Origin: a bacterium
GTDB taxonomy: Bacteria; UBA8248
NCBI GenBank assembly: GCA_965213685.1
Contig: CBDBZY010000041.1
Span: 416,001 to 480,000 of the forward strand
Reading direction: 5' to 3'
DNA: 64,000 bases
This document shows positions 1-11,325 of this stretch, piece after piece. The position numbers were made by a program, and so were the translations under genes. The notes beneath the pieces were generated by a model. The model was not told where the DNA came from, ran no database searches, and saw nothing but the letters and a program-made list of their open reading frames with translations. Within the stretch, counting starts at the first letter, position 1. Every line of letters begins with the position of its first letter.

Positions 1-693
1 GAGAAAGACCCCACATTGCGGTCGCTACTCTTTCCACACCTGAGCTGTATGGTACAGCTCACATAATTATGTGGTAGCAAAATGATTATGTCTGTACATA
101 GCCACTTCATCCTCTCACTATATAGACCAGACTGAAACAGCTCTTAGCCACGTGCAGATGCCGATCGGGGTGTGAGCCTCCGAGGCCGTTCTCTCTATGT
201 TGTGCTGCTAGTCCTTGAACACGCAATGAAAGGAGCCCCACCCACTTTCACATCTGACGCCAGCTTGTGGCATGACGTCACTCAGAGCGGCACCTCCAGC
301 TCCCACAGCTACTGTCAGCTAGCACTGCTTCCCAGGATCCCACATGTCACGTTGCCCGCCCACGTGATCCACCTCATCCTTGCCCTCATTCTCCTTCTCC
401 TCCAGTGGTATATACTTGGAATACTCAGCTGTGCAGAAAGAAGTTTTGGGTTAGTATAACTAGCCTACCCCTGACCTTTGCCCCATCAAATAACCAAGTT
501 AATTGAGCAAAACACCCCTCAGGTATTGCTAGTGTCTCCCAGGCTCACATGTACATGCACACACAAATTGTTCTCCAGTCCAGTGGCTACATACAGGGCA
601 GAGGGTGAGTACAGAGAGCACCAACTAACAATGCCACACACTTTGAATGAATAACATTGTAATGATTAGCAACAGCACACATGTAAGTCCATC

Positions 694-881
694 TCACAAA
701 CAATTATTATGCAGTACATTTTGATAACAATCATTTGAGGACTCCTCATACACACTCCTCCTGTACTGTCCTCTGTCTGGTAGTATGTACAGGGCAAGAC
801 TGTCGATGACTGTGGCAGTGAGAGTGAAGAGACCCATCCCAGGCACCAGGTGGAGGAGGAGGGTGGGCAGGGAGAACAGGC
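694..881 (-). CDS. P2X purinoceptor-like exon (TM2 and start of C-tail); may be a gene fragment
   Basis: After a (CCCT)n tract and cag acceptor, reads GLFSLPTLLLHLVPGMGLFTLTATVIDSLALYILPDRGQYRRSVYEES, resembling the P2X TM2 consensus GKFxxIPTxxxxGSGLxLxxxATVxCDxxxLYxxxxRxxYxxxKYE. No other P2X exons recognised in the window. Confidence 0.6.
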
Positions 882-1256
882 CTGAGGGAGGGAGGGAGGG
901 ATGGGGGTAGTGTACATGTACATGTAGGTTGGTCACTGATCACTGTTTCCCTTTCTCTCTTTTCAGTACATGTTTACATGTACAATTCCGCTATGCTAGA
1001 CATGTACTCACTCCTCCCTCCCTCGCTCCCTCCCTCTGTTCTGTTCCTTCCTCCTTCCTCTATCAATCGCTTTCCCTGCTTCAGGCAGAGCTTGCGGTGA
1101 CTCTTTCACTGACCTTATTAGGCCTTGATACATTATGCTTTTTTTCCACCTATTATTCTATTCCCCTATTCTTAGTCCATTATTCTCCTTAAAGCTGTGA
1201 TTATGCTTTGTTTCAAAAGATTATTCTGCAAAAATAACTACTCTCTAACTCCAAAT

Positions 1257-1505
1257 TGTAGTATTGTATGACTAGTCAATGAGTGCATCTGTGACGTCAC
1301 TTCCTTGTATTGTCATTTCCTAAGGTATTCACTACTTGGTTTGTATCTCATATAAGTTGTAGTGTATGCAGTCTGTGTGTTGGAGTATGTATTGTGTAAG
1401 TGTGCATGTCTTGCAGTAGAAGTGCTATCATATTCAGTGAAGGTAAGCCTAGTGTAGCCTTTGTGCATGACCCAGAGACAGTGAACCCACAGCCGTGATA
1501 CGACA
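1257..1505 (+). repeat. 5' LTR
   Basis: TGTAGTATTG...GATACGACA; direct repeat of 6126-6374. Confidence 0.97.
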
Positions 1506-1508
1506 TAT

Positions 1509-1518
1509 TGGCGATGAG
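1509..1518 (+). promoter_or_regulatory. Primer-binding site
   Basis: TGGCGATGAG 3 nt after the 5' LTR. Confidence 0.8.
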
Positions 1519-1523
1519 TCGGG

Positions 1524-4500
1524 ATGTCAGCCAAGGGTACGCTGGGCAACATCGAGGAGTTCGATGGCAGCAAAGACGACTGGCCGCAATACGTGGAACG
1601 TTTGGAGCACTTCTACGCAAACGAGATAACGGATGCAGACAAAAAGCGGGCTGTCTTCCTGTCTGTCGTGGGAGCAGCCACTTACAAGGGATCAACTTCA
1701 ATAGACGGACCAAGCGTGTAATCACTTCTGCAATAACTTTTAGCTGTTCCTAGCCTGTGCCTAGCCTACCCCTAGCCCTTGCCTATACCTAGCCTATACC
1801 CCAAGCCCTTGCCCTGTCACACGACTAAATAGTCAGGCGGTGAATATGCTACCGCTCGGCCCACCGCAGATTGATTTTTCTATGGTCTTGCCGTAACCTA
1901 TAGCCTCTCCTTCTTCCGGGCGTTCTATGGTGTCACACGGTTTGTGTGTGTATAGGTTACAAGAGTAAACACAATTGTTCGGAGCACCAGCACCCCTCGG
2001 TTGCTAGGGTCTAAAGGCCCTAGCAAGGATCATATCTGAATGGTTAGGCTAAGGACCTCCTTGCGCACGCACTTTGCGAGGTGCCGTGTATCCGACCTGA
2101 TCCCATGTAGGTTAGTCGTGTGACGGGGCGAGGGCTAGGGGTAGGCTAGGTACAGGCTAGGGAACAGCTAAAACCTATTGCGGAAGTGATTACACGCCTG
2201 ATCCGTCTATTGAAGTTGATCCACAACAAGGTCCTGCGAAACATCGTCTCGCCGGACAAGCCTGGAGACAAGACGTATGCGGCGCTGGTGGAGGCGCTTT
2301 CAAAGCATTTCAAACCTGCTCTCTCAGAAATAGTGGAGCGCTTTAAGTTCCATAGCAGAGTTTGGAACCCAGGTGAGTCAGTTGCGACATACTTGGCAGA
2401 GCTACACTCCCTCTCAGAGTTCTGCAACTTCAGGGACACGCTCGAAGTGATGATCCGTGACCGCTTAGTTTGTGGGATCAACGACGCCGCCATTCAAAAG
2501 TGCTTGCTTGCCGAATCAGGACTGACCTATGCGAAGGCTGTGGAGATCACACTGAACGCAGAGACCGCCGCAAAGAGCATGCGAGAACTGTGAGTAAAGT
2601 CAGAGGAGGTCTGGAAGCCACACCAATCCGTACACAGGACCAGTGCAACCTCGCCTTCGAGTGTTGGTGCCGAAGCAGCACCTACCTGTTACAGAGGACA
2701 TTTGGTTGCCAGGTGTAGGGTCAGGAAAGATGTGGTGTGCCACTACTGCGGCAAGCAAGGTCATCTACAGTGAATCTGCAAGAGCAAGGATCAGTGGAAC
2801 CAGAGCAGGAGCAGCAAACGCAAGATCCAGACCGTGGGTCGAGTCCAAGACGAGGAGGATGAGGAAGAGGAGTCAGCATTCAAGAGTGACTCTACTCTCT
2901 GCCACATGGGATCCCGTGGAGTGGCCGACTCACCTATCATGGTGAAGGTGAAGGTGGACAACTGTGTGCCAGTTAACATGGAAGTGAACACAGTGGGTCA
3001 CACTCTTTGATGTCGAGTCCACCTTCAGGGGGCTGTGGCCAGGGAGGAGCTTGCACCCCACTCCCATCAGGCTTCAGTCCTAGCCCATCCCAGTGCTAGG
3101 ATGTTGCAAGGTAAACATTGACTACCAAGGCCAGACTGGAGAGATGCCACTGGTGATAGTGGAGGGCTCTGGGCCCACCCTGCTGTGCAGAGATTGGCTC
3201 TGTTGTATCCAGCTGAACTGGAGAGAGATCCACCATGTGCACTCCCCATCTCTACAGTCTGTGCTAGCACGCTACCCCTCAGTTTTCCAGGAAGGCCTGG
3301 GCACCCTCCAGGGTTTCAAAGCCAGAATCTATGTGGACCCAGATGCTCCACCTAGATTTCACCCTGTGAGATCAGTCCCTTATGCCCTGTGGGATAAGGT
3401 CGACAAGGAACTCCAGCGACTCCAAGACGAGGGGACCCTCAAACCAGTGGAAATAGCCGAGTGGGCAGCCCCCACAGTGGTTGTTTTGAAGCGAGACAAG
3501 GATATTGTCCGCATTTGCGGTAACTTCAGTGTCACCATCAATCCAGTGTCGAAGCTGGATCGCTACCCAATCCTGAGGGTGGAAGACCTTTTCTCTTGAC
3601 TGAGCAAAGGAAAGTACTTTTCCAAGCTCGATCTCTCTCAGGCATGTCAGCAACTCCCCTTGGATGACCAATCCAAAGAATACGTCATGATCAACACTCA
3701 CAGTGGATTGTTTCGATATACCAGACTCCCGTTTGGTATCTCCTCAGCACCTGGTATTTTTCAACAAGTCATTGAGAGCCTCCTCCAAGGCATTGATGAA
3801 GTGGTTGTCTACCTGGATGATATTCTTGTCACTGGGAGTACAGAAGAGAGTCACCTCCAGGCACTTGACGAAGTGCTGAATCGCCTCGACAAAGCCAGTC
3901 TGAGAGTGAAGCAGAGTAAATGTGAGTTTCGAGGAAATCTGTGACCTACCTAGGTCACCGTATGGATGCAGATGGCCTTCATCCACTCCAGGTCAGGGTT
4001 AGAGCTATTGAAGAAGCTCCGACACCCACCTCAGTCTCCACACTGAAGTCATACTTGGGAATGCTGACATATTATAGCAGATTCCTTCCCAACCTTTCCA
4101 CCACTTTACATCCACTGTACCTCCTGCTTCGGAAGGACGCTCCCTGTAAATGGGGTGTCGACCAAGAGAAGGCTTTTGCCGCCTCCAAACAGCTCCTGAC
4201 TTCTGAAAGTTGCCTCACCCATTTCGACTCATCACTGGAGCTCACTCTGGCATGCGACGCTTCAGCGTATGGGCTGGGGGCAGTCCTCTCCCATAAGATG
4301 CCAGATGGATCTGAAAGGCCAATAGGCTATGCCTCTTGCACACTCAATTCCTCTGAGTGTAATTACGCTCAACTCGAGAAGGAAGGCCTCTCATGCATTT
4401 TTGGAATCAAGAAATTCCATGATTATCTTTTTGGTCGATCGTTTGAGCTTGTCACAGATCAAAAGCCACTGCTGGGCCTCTTGAAGGAGGATCGTGCAGT

Positions 4501-5995
4501 TTCCCCACAAGCCTGAGCTAGAATCAAGCGATGGTCCCTTTTCTTCTCTAGCTACGAGTACACTCTGGCATTCCGGAACACAGCTGCTCATGCTAATGCC
4601 GACGCTCTCAGTCGCCTACCACTACCAGAGGAGCCAGCCAGGACTACTGTGGAACCTGAACTGGTGTTGGCCGAGCATCTGGATGACTCCCCTGTGACAG
4701 CTACAGATATCCGGTCCTGGATCCAACAGGACAAGAAGCTGTCACAAGTTCTGCAGTATGTTCAGCTTGGATGGCCGAGTGAAGGTGACCCTGATCTTGA
4801 GCAATACTTGTCACATTGGCTTGAACTCTCATCGTTTGAAGGATGTATCATGTGGGGAACGAGGATTGTCATTCCTCCACCTGGAAGGCAGGCAGTGCTA
4901 CAGGAGTTACATGAGGGCCATCCTGGCATCTCGAGGATGAGAGCCCTCGTGAGGATGTACGTGTGGTGGCCAGGGATCAACAGTGACATTGAGAAGTCAG
5001 TCCGGCTGGGTCAGCCATGCCAAGAAGTCCAATCCTCACCACCACCTGCACCTCTCAACCCTTGGAAATGGCCCACTAGGCCATGGGCAAGACTCCATAT
5101 GAATTTTGCTTGCCCATTTCAAGGGAAGACCATCCTGGTTGTGATCGACGCACACTCAAAGTGGATAGAGGCTACTTCTACACCCTCAACATCATCATCA
5201 ACTGTCATCGAGGAACTACGAACTCTCTTTGCGAAGTTTGGTCTCCCAGAGACAATCGTGACCGACAATAGTTCTGGTTTTACATCAGCGCCCTATCATC
5301 CTGCCTCAAACGGGCTTGCTGAACGTGCCGTCCAAATCGTCAAGAAGGGCCTAAAGAAAGTGACATCAGAAAGCATGAACACTCATTTGGCCAAAGTCCT
5401 CTTCACATACCGCATCACCCCCCAGAGTACCACAGGAATCTCACCAGCAGAGCTCCTGTTGGGCCGAAGACCACATACACGACTTGATCTCTTGCGTCCC
5501 AACACAGCAAGAAGGGTGGAAGAGAGACAACAGGCCCAGAAAAGGAAGCATAATCTCAGAGCTCGTACAAGATCATTTAAAGAAGGAGACACAGTGTTTG
5601 TTAAGAACTTTGGCTCTGGCTGTCAATGGTTGCCAGGGAAGATCCTGGACATGTCTGGACCAGTTTCATTTCATGTTCAGTTGGAATATGGGAGACAGAG
5701 ACACTGTCACCAAGACCACTTACGTTTGAGAGAAGTGGAAGGAGCTATGTCCAGTGATATGTCTCAGATTGCTCCAGAGGACAGTATTCTGATCTCTCCC
5801 ACCACGACCTCAGAGTCTAGAGATCCAGTCATGATGTCAGTATCTTCTGGGACTCCACCAGAAGTGGGTCCTCCTACAGAGCAGACAGAGTCTCCTACAA
5901 CTACCTCTCAACCATCTGCAAGCAACCCGTCCGCACAGCGATATCCTCGCCGCAACAGGAAACCAAGAGACCATTTCGAACCTGGAATTAACTAA
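1524..5995 (+). pseudogene. Gypsy gag-pol, disrupted
   Basis: Gag (W..YVERLEHF, RDRLVCG, CCHC remnant near 2740), degenerate protease, RT (LPFG...YLDD), RNase H (DASAYG...LEKE), integrase (HEGHPG...C, TDN, SNGLAER). Several stops and frameshifts, a MITE in gag, and a short deletion in the integrase core (FTS|APYHP). Confidence 0.93.
1689..2222. mobile_element. 534-bp MITE inserted in gag
   Basis: About 100-bp TIRs GGATCAACTTCAATAGACGGA.../...TCCGTCTATTGAAGTTGATCC; imperfect 8-9-bp TSD (acttacaag/acaacaag); removing it with one TSD copy restores gag ATYK|VLRN. Confidence 0.9.
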
Positions 5996-6112
5996 GGACG
6001 ATCTCACGTGAGAACTATGTTACTATGTGTGAGAATTAACTGTGTGTGTTAATCTTGGTGCATGCATATCATCTTCTTTCTTCTCTTTTTCTGTTTGCAT
6101 AAGTACCCTCTT

Positions 6113-6125
6113 AAGGGGGCAGGAA
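6113..6125 (+). promoter_or_regulatory. Polypurine tract
   Basis: AAGGGGGCAGGAA immediately before the 3' LTR. Confidence 0.8.
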
Positions 6126-6374
6126 TGTAGTATTGTATGACTAGTCAATAAGTGCATTTGTGACATCACTTCCTTGTATTGTCATTTCCTAAGGTATTCA
6201 CTAATTGGTTTTTATCTCATATAAGTTGTAGTGTATGCAGTCTGTGTGTTGGAGTATGTATTGTGTAAGTGTGCATGTCTTGCAGTAGAAGTGCTATCAT
6301 ATTCAGTGAAGCTAAGCCTAGTGTAGCCTTTGTGCATGACCCAGAGACAGTGAACCCACAGCCGTGATACGACA
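6126..6374 (+). repeat. 3' LTR
   Basis: Direct repeat of 1257-1505, followed by the CAAAT TSD. Confidence 0.97.
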
Positions 6375-6591
6375 CAAATCAGTTCTGATTTCAGCTTCTA
6401 CAGTGACCACGGTCCTCATAGCCTCCACTAGACTGCAGCCTGGCTGGTCCAAATCTCTGTCCACCATTACTGCACACTCTTAATAATGCACACTAATTAA
6501 TTGATCTACCCACAACACGGGATAGTCTGTGAGCCTCAGTACACGTGGGTGGCATGCAATGGGTGGAGCAATAAAATGTGGTGCCAAAGTA

Positions 6592-6705
6592 TTTTTATTA
6601 CTTTATACTTTCACACAACCTTCGATTATTTTTATTACTTTATACTTTCACACAACCTTCGATTATTTTTATTACTTTATACTTTCACACAACCTTCGAT
6701 TATTC
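6592..6705. repeat. 39-bp tandem repeat, about 3 copies
   Basis: TTATTACTTTATACTTTCACACAACCTTCGATTAT unit repeated. Confidence 0.9.
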
Positions 6706-7454
6706 TCACTTTTGTACTAATTATTTCCCTATTCCTATTATTCTCAAAATTATGCCAGCATAATGTATCAAGGCCTATTCCTCACCCTCTGCCCCTCCAT
6801 TCTGCCCTTATTTCTCCTCCCCTTGTGCTCCTCCTGCCTTGTGGCTTGTCAGCTCCTGGTTAGTACCACTGTTTCATTCTTTCCTTCTCCTCCCCTCCCT
6901 CCATCCTCCTCTCTACCTCCCTCCCTACCTCACTCCCTACCTCCCTCCTTGGCTCACCACATTCCCCCAGTAACTCTCTTTGTACATGTACAATCTACAG
7001 TATGTACGACTATTTGCACGACTCCAATGTACATGTACACATACAATATGTACATGTATATTCATGTACATGTATATTAAATATTATGGATGTGTTGCTG
7101 TTCTGGTACAGGTGCCATCAGTTGTTATGGCCACACTTGCAGTCCTTGCCTTTGTAATTTTCATGTATTACATACCACTCCCCTCCCTCCCCTTTACATG
7201 AGTACATGTGCATGATGTATGGTACATGTACGTACATGTACACATGTGCACTGCACAGTAGCTTGGCCATGACGTGGCTGCCCTGCAGGAGTCTGCCAGC
7301 CTTCAGAGAGTGGTGCTGTCTACCTCACACTGTGCTCCATGCATGAGGTGAGCCTTCTGCATTGGTGGGAGAGAGAGGGAGGGAGGGAGGGAGGGAGGGA
7401 GGAATTGGTAAACTACATGTACATGTACATGTACACATACAAATGTGTGGTCTC

Positions 7455-7803
7455 CTGAGCTGTGGCCACCGGGTGACAGCCAGTCTTCACAATTCTCAGT
7501 ATCACTCCATATGTGCTGTCAGAACCCCATCAGAGATCGATCGGTAACTCCTCTCCATCAGGGAAGGAGCTACACTAAGTCTATATATTCATAGCAGTAC
7601 TGGTGAAGCTGGGTCTCCCTCTAGGGAGCCACTGAACACAACACGCAAGCTACGTTACACACGTGATGAAAAAGGTTAGGAATATTTTTAGATAACTGAG
7701 AAAAACTGGCAGCCACCCGGGATTGAACCAGGGGCCTCTGACTTAAGCTGTCGGTGCTCTACCACCTGAGCTATGGCCACCAGGTGACAGCCAGCCTTCA
7801 CAA
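7455..7803 (-). mobile_element. tRNA-derived SINE-like repeat, slightly more than one ~311-bp unit
   Basis: Minus strand has A-box TAGCTCAGGTGG and B-box GGTTCAATCC; the same motif recurs at 7455 and 7766. Confidence 0.8.
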
Positions 7804-7877
7804 CATGTACGCATACACTGGTGTACTCTTGTAAGCAATACAAAATGCTACAGGAGGGAGGGGAGGAGGTGGGAGAC

Positions 7878-9657
7878 CTTCTTGAAGAAGAAGTGGTTGG
7901 CCAGGTGATTGAGGACCATGGGATTAGAGGAGTCGATTGTGTAGGCCTTTGAGAGAAGTTCAACACCTTTCTTGATGGAGTCATGCTGGGAGGGAGGGAG
8001 GGAGGGAAGGTGAAATGGAGTGAGGGAGAGGGGAGGGGAGAAAGGATGAAAGGGGGAAGGAGGTGTCCACACAGTTCCACTCACCTGTTTGCTGTTCAGC
8101 TCCAGAATAGCCATGCCCACCAGAGCACCCACACAGTGATAGTCTAGCTCCAGACACCGGTGGAACACCATCCTGTGGAAAGTACATGAGGAAAAGCTTG
8201 GGAACATTTTTAGACAACTGTGAAAAACCATCAGTCGGGATCGGGATTGAACCGGGGGCCTTCAGCTGTCAGTGCTCTACCACCTGAGTTATGGCCACCG
8301 GGTGACAACCAGCCTTCACAATTCTCAATATCACTCTGTATATGCCATCAGAATCCCACTAGGGATCGACCGGTAACTCCTCTCCATCAGGGGAGGAGCC
8401 ATACCAAGTGAAATATTCTATATATTCATAGCAGTGCATGTGAAGCTGGGTCTCCCTCTAGGGAGCCACCGAACACAACACGCAAGCTACGATTTACATC
8501 AGAAAGGCTTGGGAATACTCTAGAGAACTGTGAAAAACCAGCAGCCACCCGGGACTGAACAAACAGTGGTCATGGGACAGTTGTGTTTGCATAATACTGT
8601 TCACCTTGCCTTCTGCAGATTTCCGAGCTTCACAAAACACAGTCCCATTCCCAGTCTGACAGCACCTGGAATGGAATGACAATACATTCTTACATATACA
8701 GTACATGTACATGTATTAATCAGTTAATGAGACAAGGGAAAGCAAAGCAACTATGCCTGAACAGAATGACAACACATTCTTACGTATATGATGTACATGT
8801 ATATCCCACATGTACACGTGTACATGTACATGTACTCTAAGCCGATGAGGTTGCTACTTACATGTACTGTATATTAATATTTCTAAGCCGTTGAAGTTGT
8901 TGTGGATTTTAGTTTGTTTCATAGCGTGTGATTATTTTTTCTTTCTCTCTTTGTTCACTTCCTCCTTTGATTATGGTGCGCTATGCACATGATTGCTCAT
9001 GTACATTGTACATGCAATACCTAGGCAGTTTGGGTTTGTCCTGAGAGCCTTCTTGTAGAAGACCAGAACTCCCTTGTAGTCCTTCTTGTTGTAAGCAATG
9101 CACGCCTTACCCAGCAGAGCTGGGATGTTCTCTGGAGACTGAGGGAGGGAGGGAGGGAGGGAGGGAGGGAGCGAGGGAGGGAAGGAGGGAGGGATGGAGG
9201 GAGGGAGGGAGGGAGGGAGGGAGGGAGGGAGGGAGGAAGGAAGGGAGGGAGGAAGGGAAGGAGGGAGGGGCTAGGTCAGTGAGGACTAGCACCCATCGTG
9301 TTCCTCTAACATGCTTGAGAGGGTGCAGTGATCCCTCTAACAGAAACCAAGCATGACTCTATACAGAGTTTGCTGACTCAGCAAATTAAGTAGGGTCGTG
9401 TGGGCATATATGCAATGCCATGGGGCACGTGACTCAATTAGTCTACATGTACATGTATGTGTGCAACCTCCTCTGGAATCTACATGTATGACCTTGTACA
9501 CGTGGCAGCATTGGGTGACCTGCTGTAGGACGAAGGAGAACTGAGCGTCAGCCTGATCCATCTTGTCTCCCTCCAGCAGATAGAAGTAGGCACGGCCCAG
9601 CAGATGGTTAGTGTCATACATGATGATCTTGTCAGCAGTTGTGTAGAGGAATGTCGC
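7878..9657 (-). CDS. CTR9: CTR9 (PAF1 complex TPR subunit), five consecutive exons: 9657-9520, 9138-9021, 8665-8605, 8172-8085, 7985-7878
   Basis: Splices in frame with GT-AG introns to [40 protein letters not shown]...[21 protein letters not shown]...[20 protein letters not shown]...[14 protein letters not shown]...[35 protein letters not shown], matching animal CTR9. Adjacent upstream and downstream exons not found, so probably a partial copy. Confidence 0.93.
8183..8560 (-). mobile_element. tRNA-derived SINE-like repeat in a CTR9 intron (~310-bp period)
   Basis: Same family as 7455-7803; AACTGTGAAAAACC recurs at about 8216 and 8526. Confidence 0.8.
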
Positions 9658-10003
9658 CTGTGAGGGAGGGAGGGAGGGAAGGAGAGAGTGAGGGAGGGAA
9701 GGAGAGAGGGAGGGAGAGAGAGAGAGGGGAGAGGGGAGAGGAGGGAGGGAGGGAGGATAGAAGGGAGGAGTGAAGGCAGAAAGGAAAGGGAGAGAAAAAG
9801 AGACAGAAAGAGAGGGGAGGATAGAAGGGAGGATAGAAGGGAGGATAGAAGGGAGGAGTGAAGGCAGAAAGGAAAGGGAGAGAAAGAGACAGAAAGAGAG
9901 GGAGTGGCAGAGGGAAGGAGAGGGGAGGAAGCACAGGAGAAGGAAGAGGTAAAGTAACACTCATGTCCAGTAGCCACATAGAATGTCTCAAATCTTCCTT
10001 TCA

Positions 10004-10963
10004 TACCTGGGATACTATGGATATCCTGGGATAATCCCAGGACTCCTCAAAGCATTCCACAGTAGTCCCATAGCAACCACTAATTTAAAATTACCTAGAC
10101 AATCCCAGGATGAACTAAGTTCTCCTTGCAGCATGCCCCTTGTCCGAGTATCCTGGGATTCCTGGGATACACAGACTATCCCAGGATAATCCCGGGATGA
10201 ATGTACATGTACATGTAGTTCTCCTTGCAGCATGCCCCTTGTCCAAGTATCCTGGGATTCCTGGGATACACAGACAATCCCAGGATAATCCCAGGATGAA
10301 TGTACATGTACATGTAGTTCTCCTTGCAGCATGCCCCTTGTCCAAGTATCCTGGGATTCCTGGGATACACAGACCATCCCAGAATAATCCCGGGATGAAT
10401 GTACATGTACATGTACATGTAGTTCTCCTTGCAGCATGCCCCTTGTCCGAGTATCCTGGGATTCCTGGGATTCACAGACAATCCCAGGATAATCCCGGGA
10501 TGAATGTACATGTACATGTAGTTCTCCTTGCAGCATGCCCCTTGTCCAATTATCCTGGGACTCCTGGGATACACAGACTATCCCAGGATAATCGCGGGAT
10601 GAATGTACATGTACATGTAGTTCTCCTTGCAGCATGCCCCTTGTCCGAGTATCCTGGGATTCCTGGGATACACAGACCATCCCAGGATAATCCCGGGATG
10701 AATGTACATGTACATGTACATGTAGTTCTCCTTGCAGCATGCCCCTTGTCCGAGTATCCTGGGATTCCTGGGATACACAGACAATCCCAGGATAATCCCG
10801 GGATGAATGTATGTACATGTAGTTCTCCTTGCAGCATGATATTTGTCCGAGTATCCTGGGATTCCTGGGATACACAGACTATCCCAGGATAATCCCAGGA
10901 TGAATGTACATGTACATGTACATGTAGTTCTCCTTGCAGCATGCCTTTTATCCGAGTATCCTG
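10004..10963. repeat. Minisatellite of 97-105-bp units (about 8.5 copies) with internal inverted repeats
   Basis: GTTCTCC starts at 10119, 10218, 10317, 10422, 10521, 10620, 10725, 10822 and 10927; length varies mostly by TACATG hexamers. Confidence 0.97.
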
Positions 10964-11325
10964 CCTGCACAAGTATGATCATGATATCTATCCTGGGAAT
11001 GTGCCCCTACAGGTATCAACTTTAATGGAAATTGTGTCACTAAATGCACAAACCTCGTACTACAAACATTACTAATACCATTAATTCATAATTAAATTAC
11101 GAACCACATTTGAAATCAAAAATCAATGATGGTATGGCTGATTGGTATATAGCATTTTGGTAATGTTTCACACACGTTTGAACATAATATGGCCTGTGGA
11201 TAGACATAGGGTGTGAGACAAAGTTATAAGGTTAGGATGAAACTAGGATAGTGATGAGGCTATGTGATTAGATGATCTGTGATATCATGATGAGGTGGTG
11301 ATGAAGTTGTAAGAGATTTGGACGA

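Larger units (their letters stand above)
1257..6374 (+). mobile_element. Full-length degenerate Ty3/Gypsy LTR retrotransposon (Mag-like organisation)
   Basis: 249-bp LTRs (TG...CA) at 1257-1505 and 6126-6374 differing at about 6 positions; 5-bp TSD CAAAT (1252-1256, 6375-6379); PBS and PPT present; gag-PR-RT-RH-IN order. Confidence 0.97.
1119..6777. mobile_element. MITE (about 536 bp when the Gypsy insertion is removed), hAT-like TAGG ends
   Basis: 20-bp TIR TAGGCCTTGATACATTATGC at 1119-1138 and its reverse complement at 6758-6777; no clean TSD. Confidence 0.7.

Noticed and set aside
1-430. Possible further P2X C-terminal exon on the minus strand
   Set aside because: An acceptor is present near 430, but there are early stops and no recognisable similarity.
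7706-7780. Functional tRNA gene
   Set aside because: Irregular anticodon arm, and embedded in a multi-copy 310-bp repeat; treated as SINE-like.
9337-9960. 207-aa ORF as a single-exon gene
   Set aside because: Only 9520-9657 is CTR9; the rest is intron read-through.
10015-10982. Long ORFs (250-286 aa) and a CRISPR-like appearance
   Set aside because: Products of a satellite with unit length mostly divisible by three; there are no unique spacers and the context is eukaryotic.
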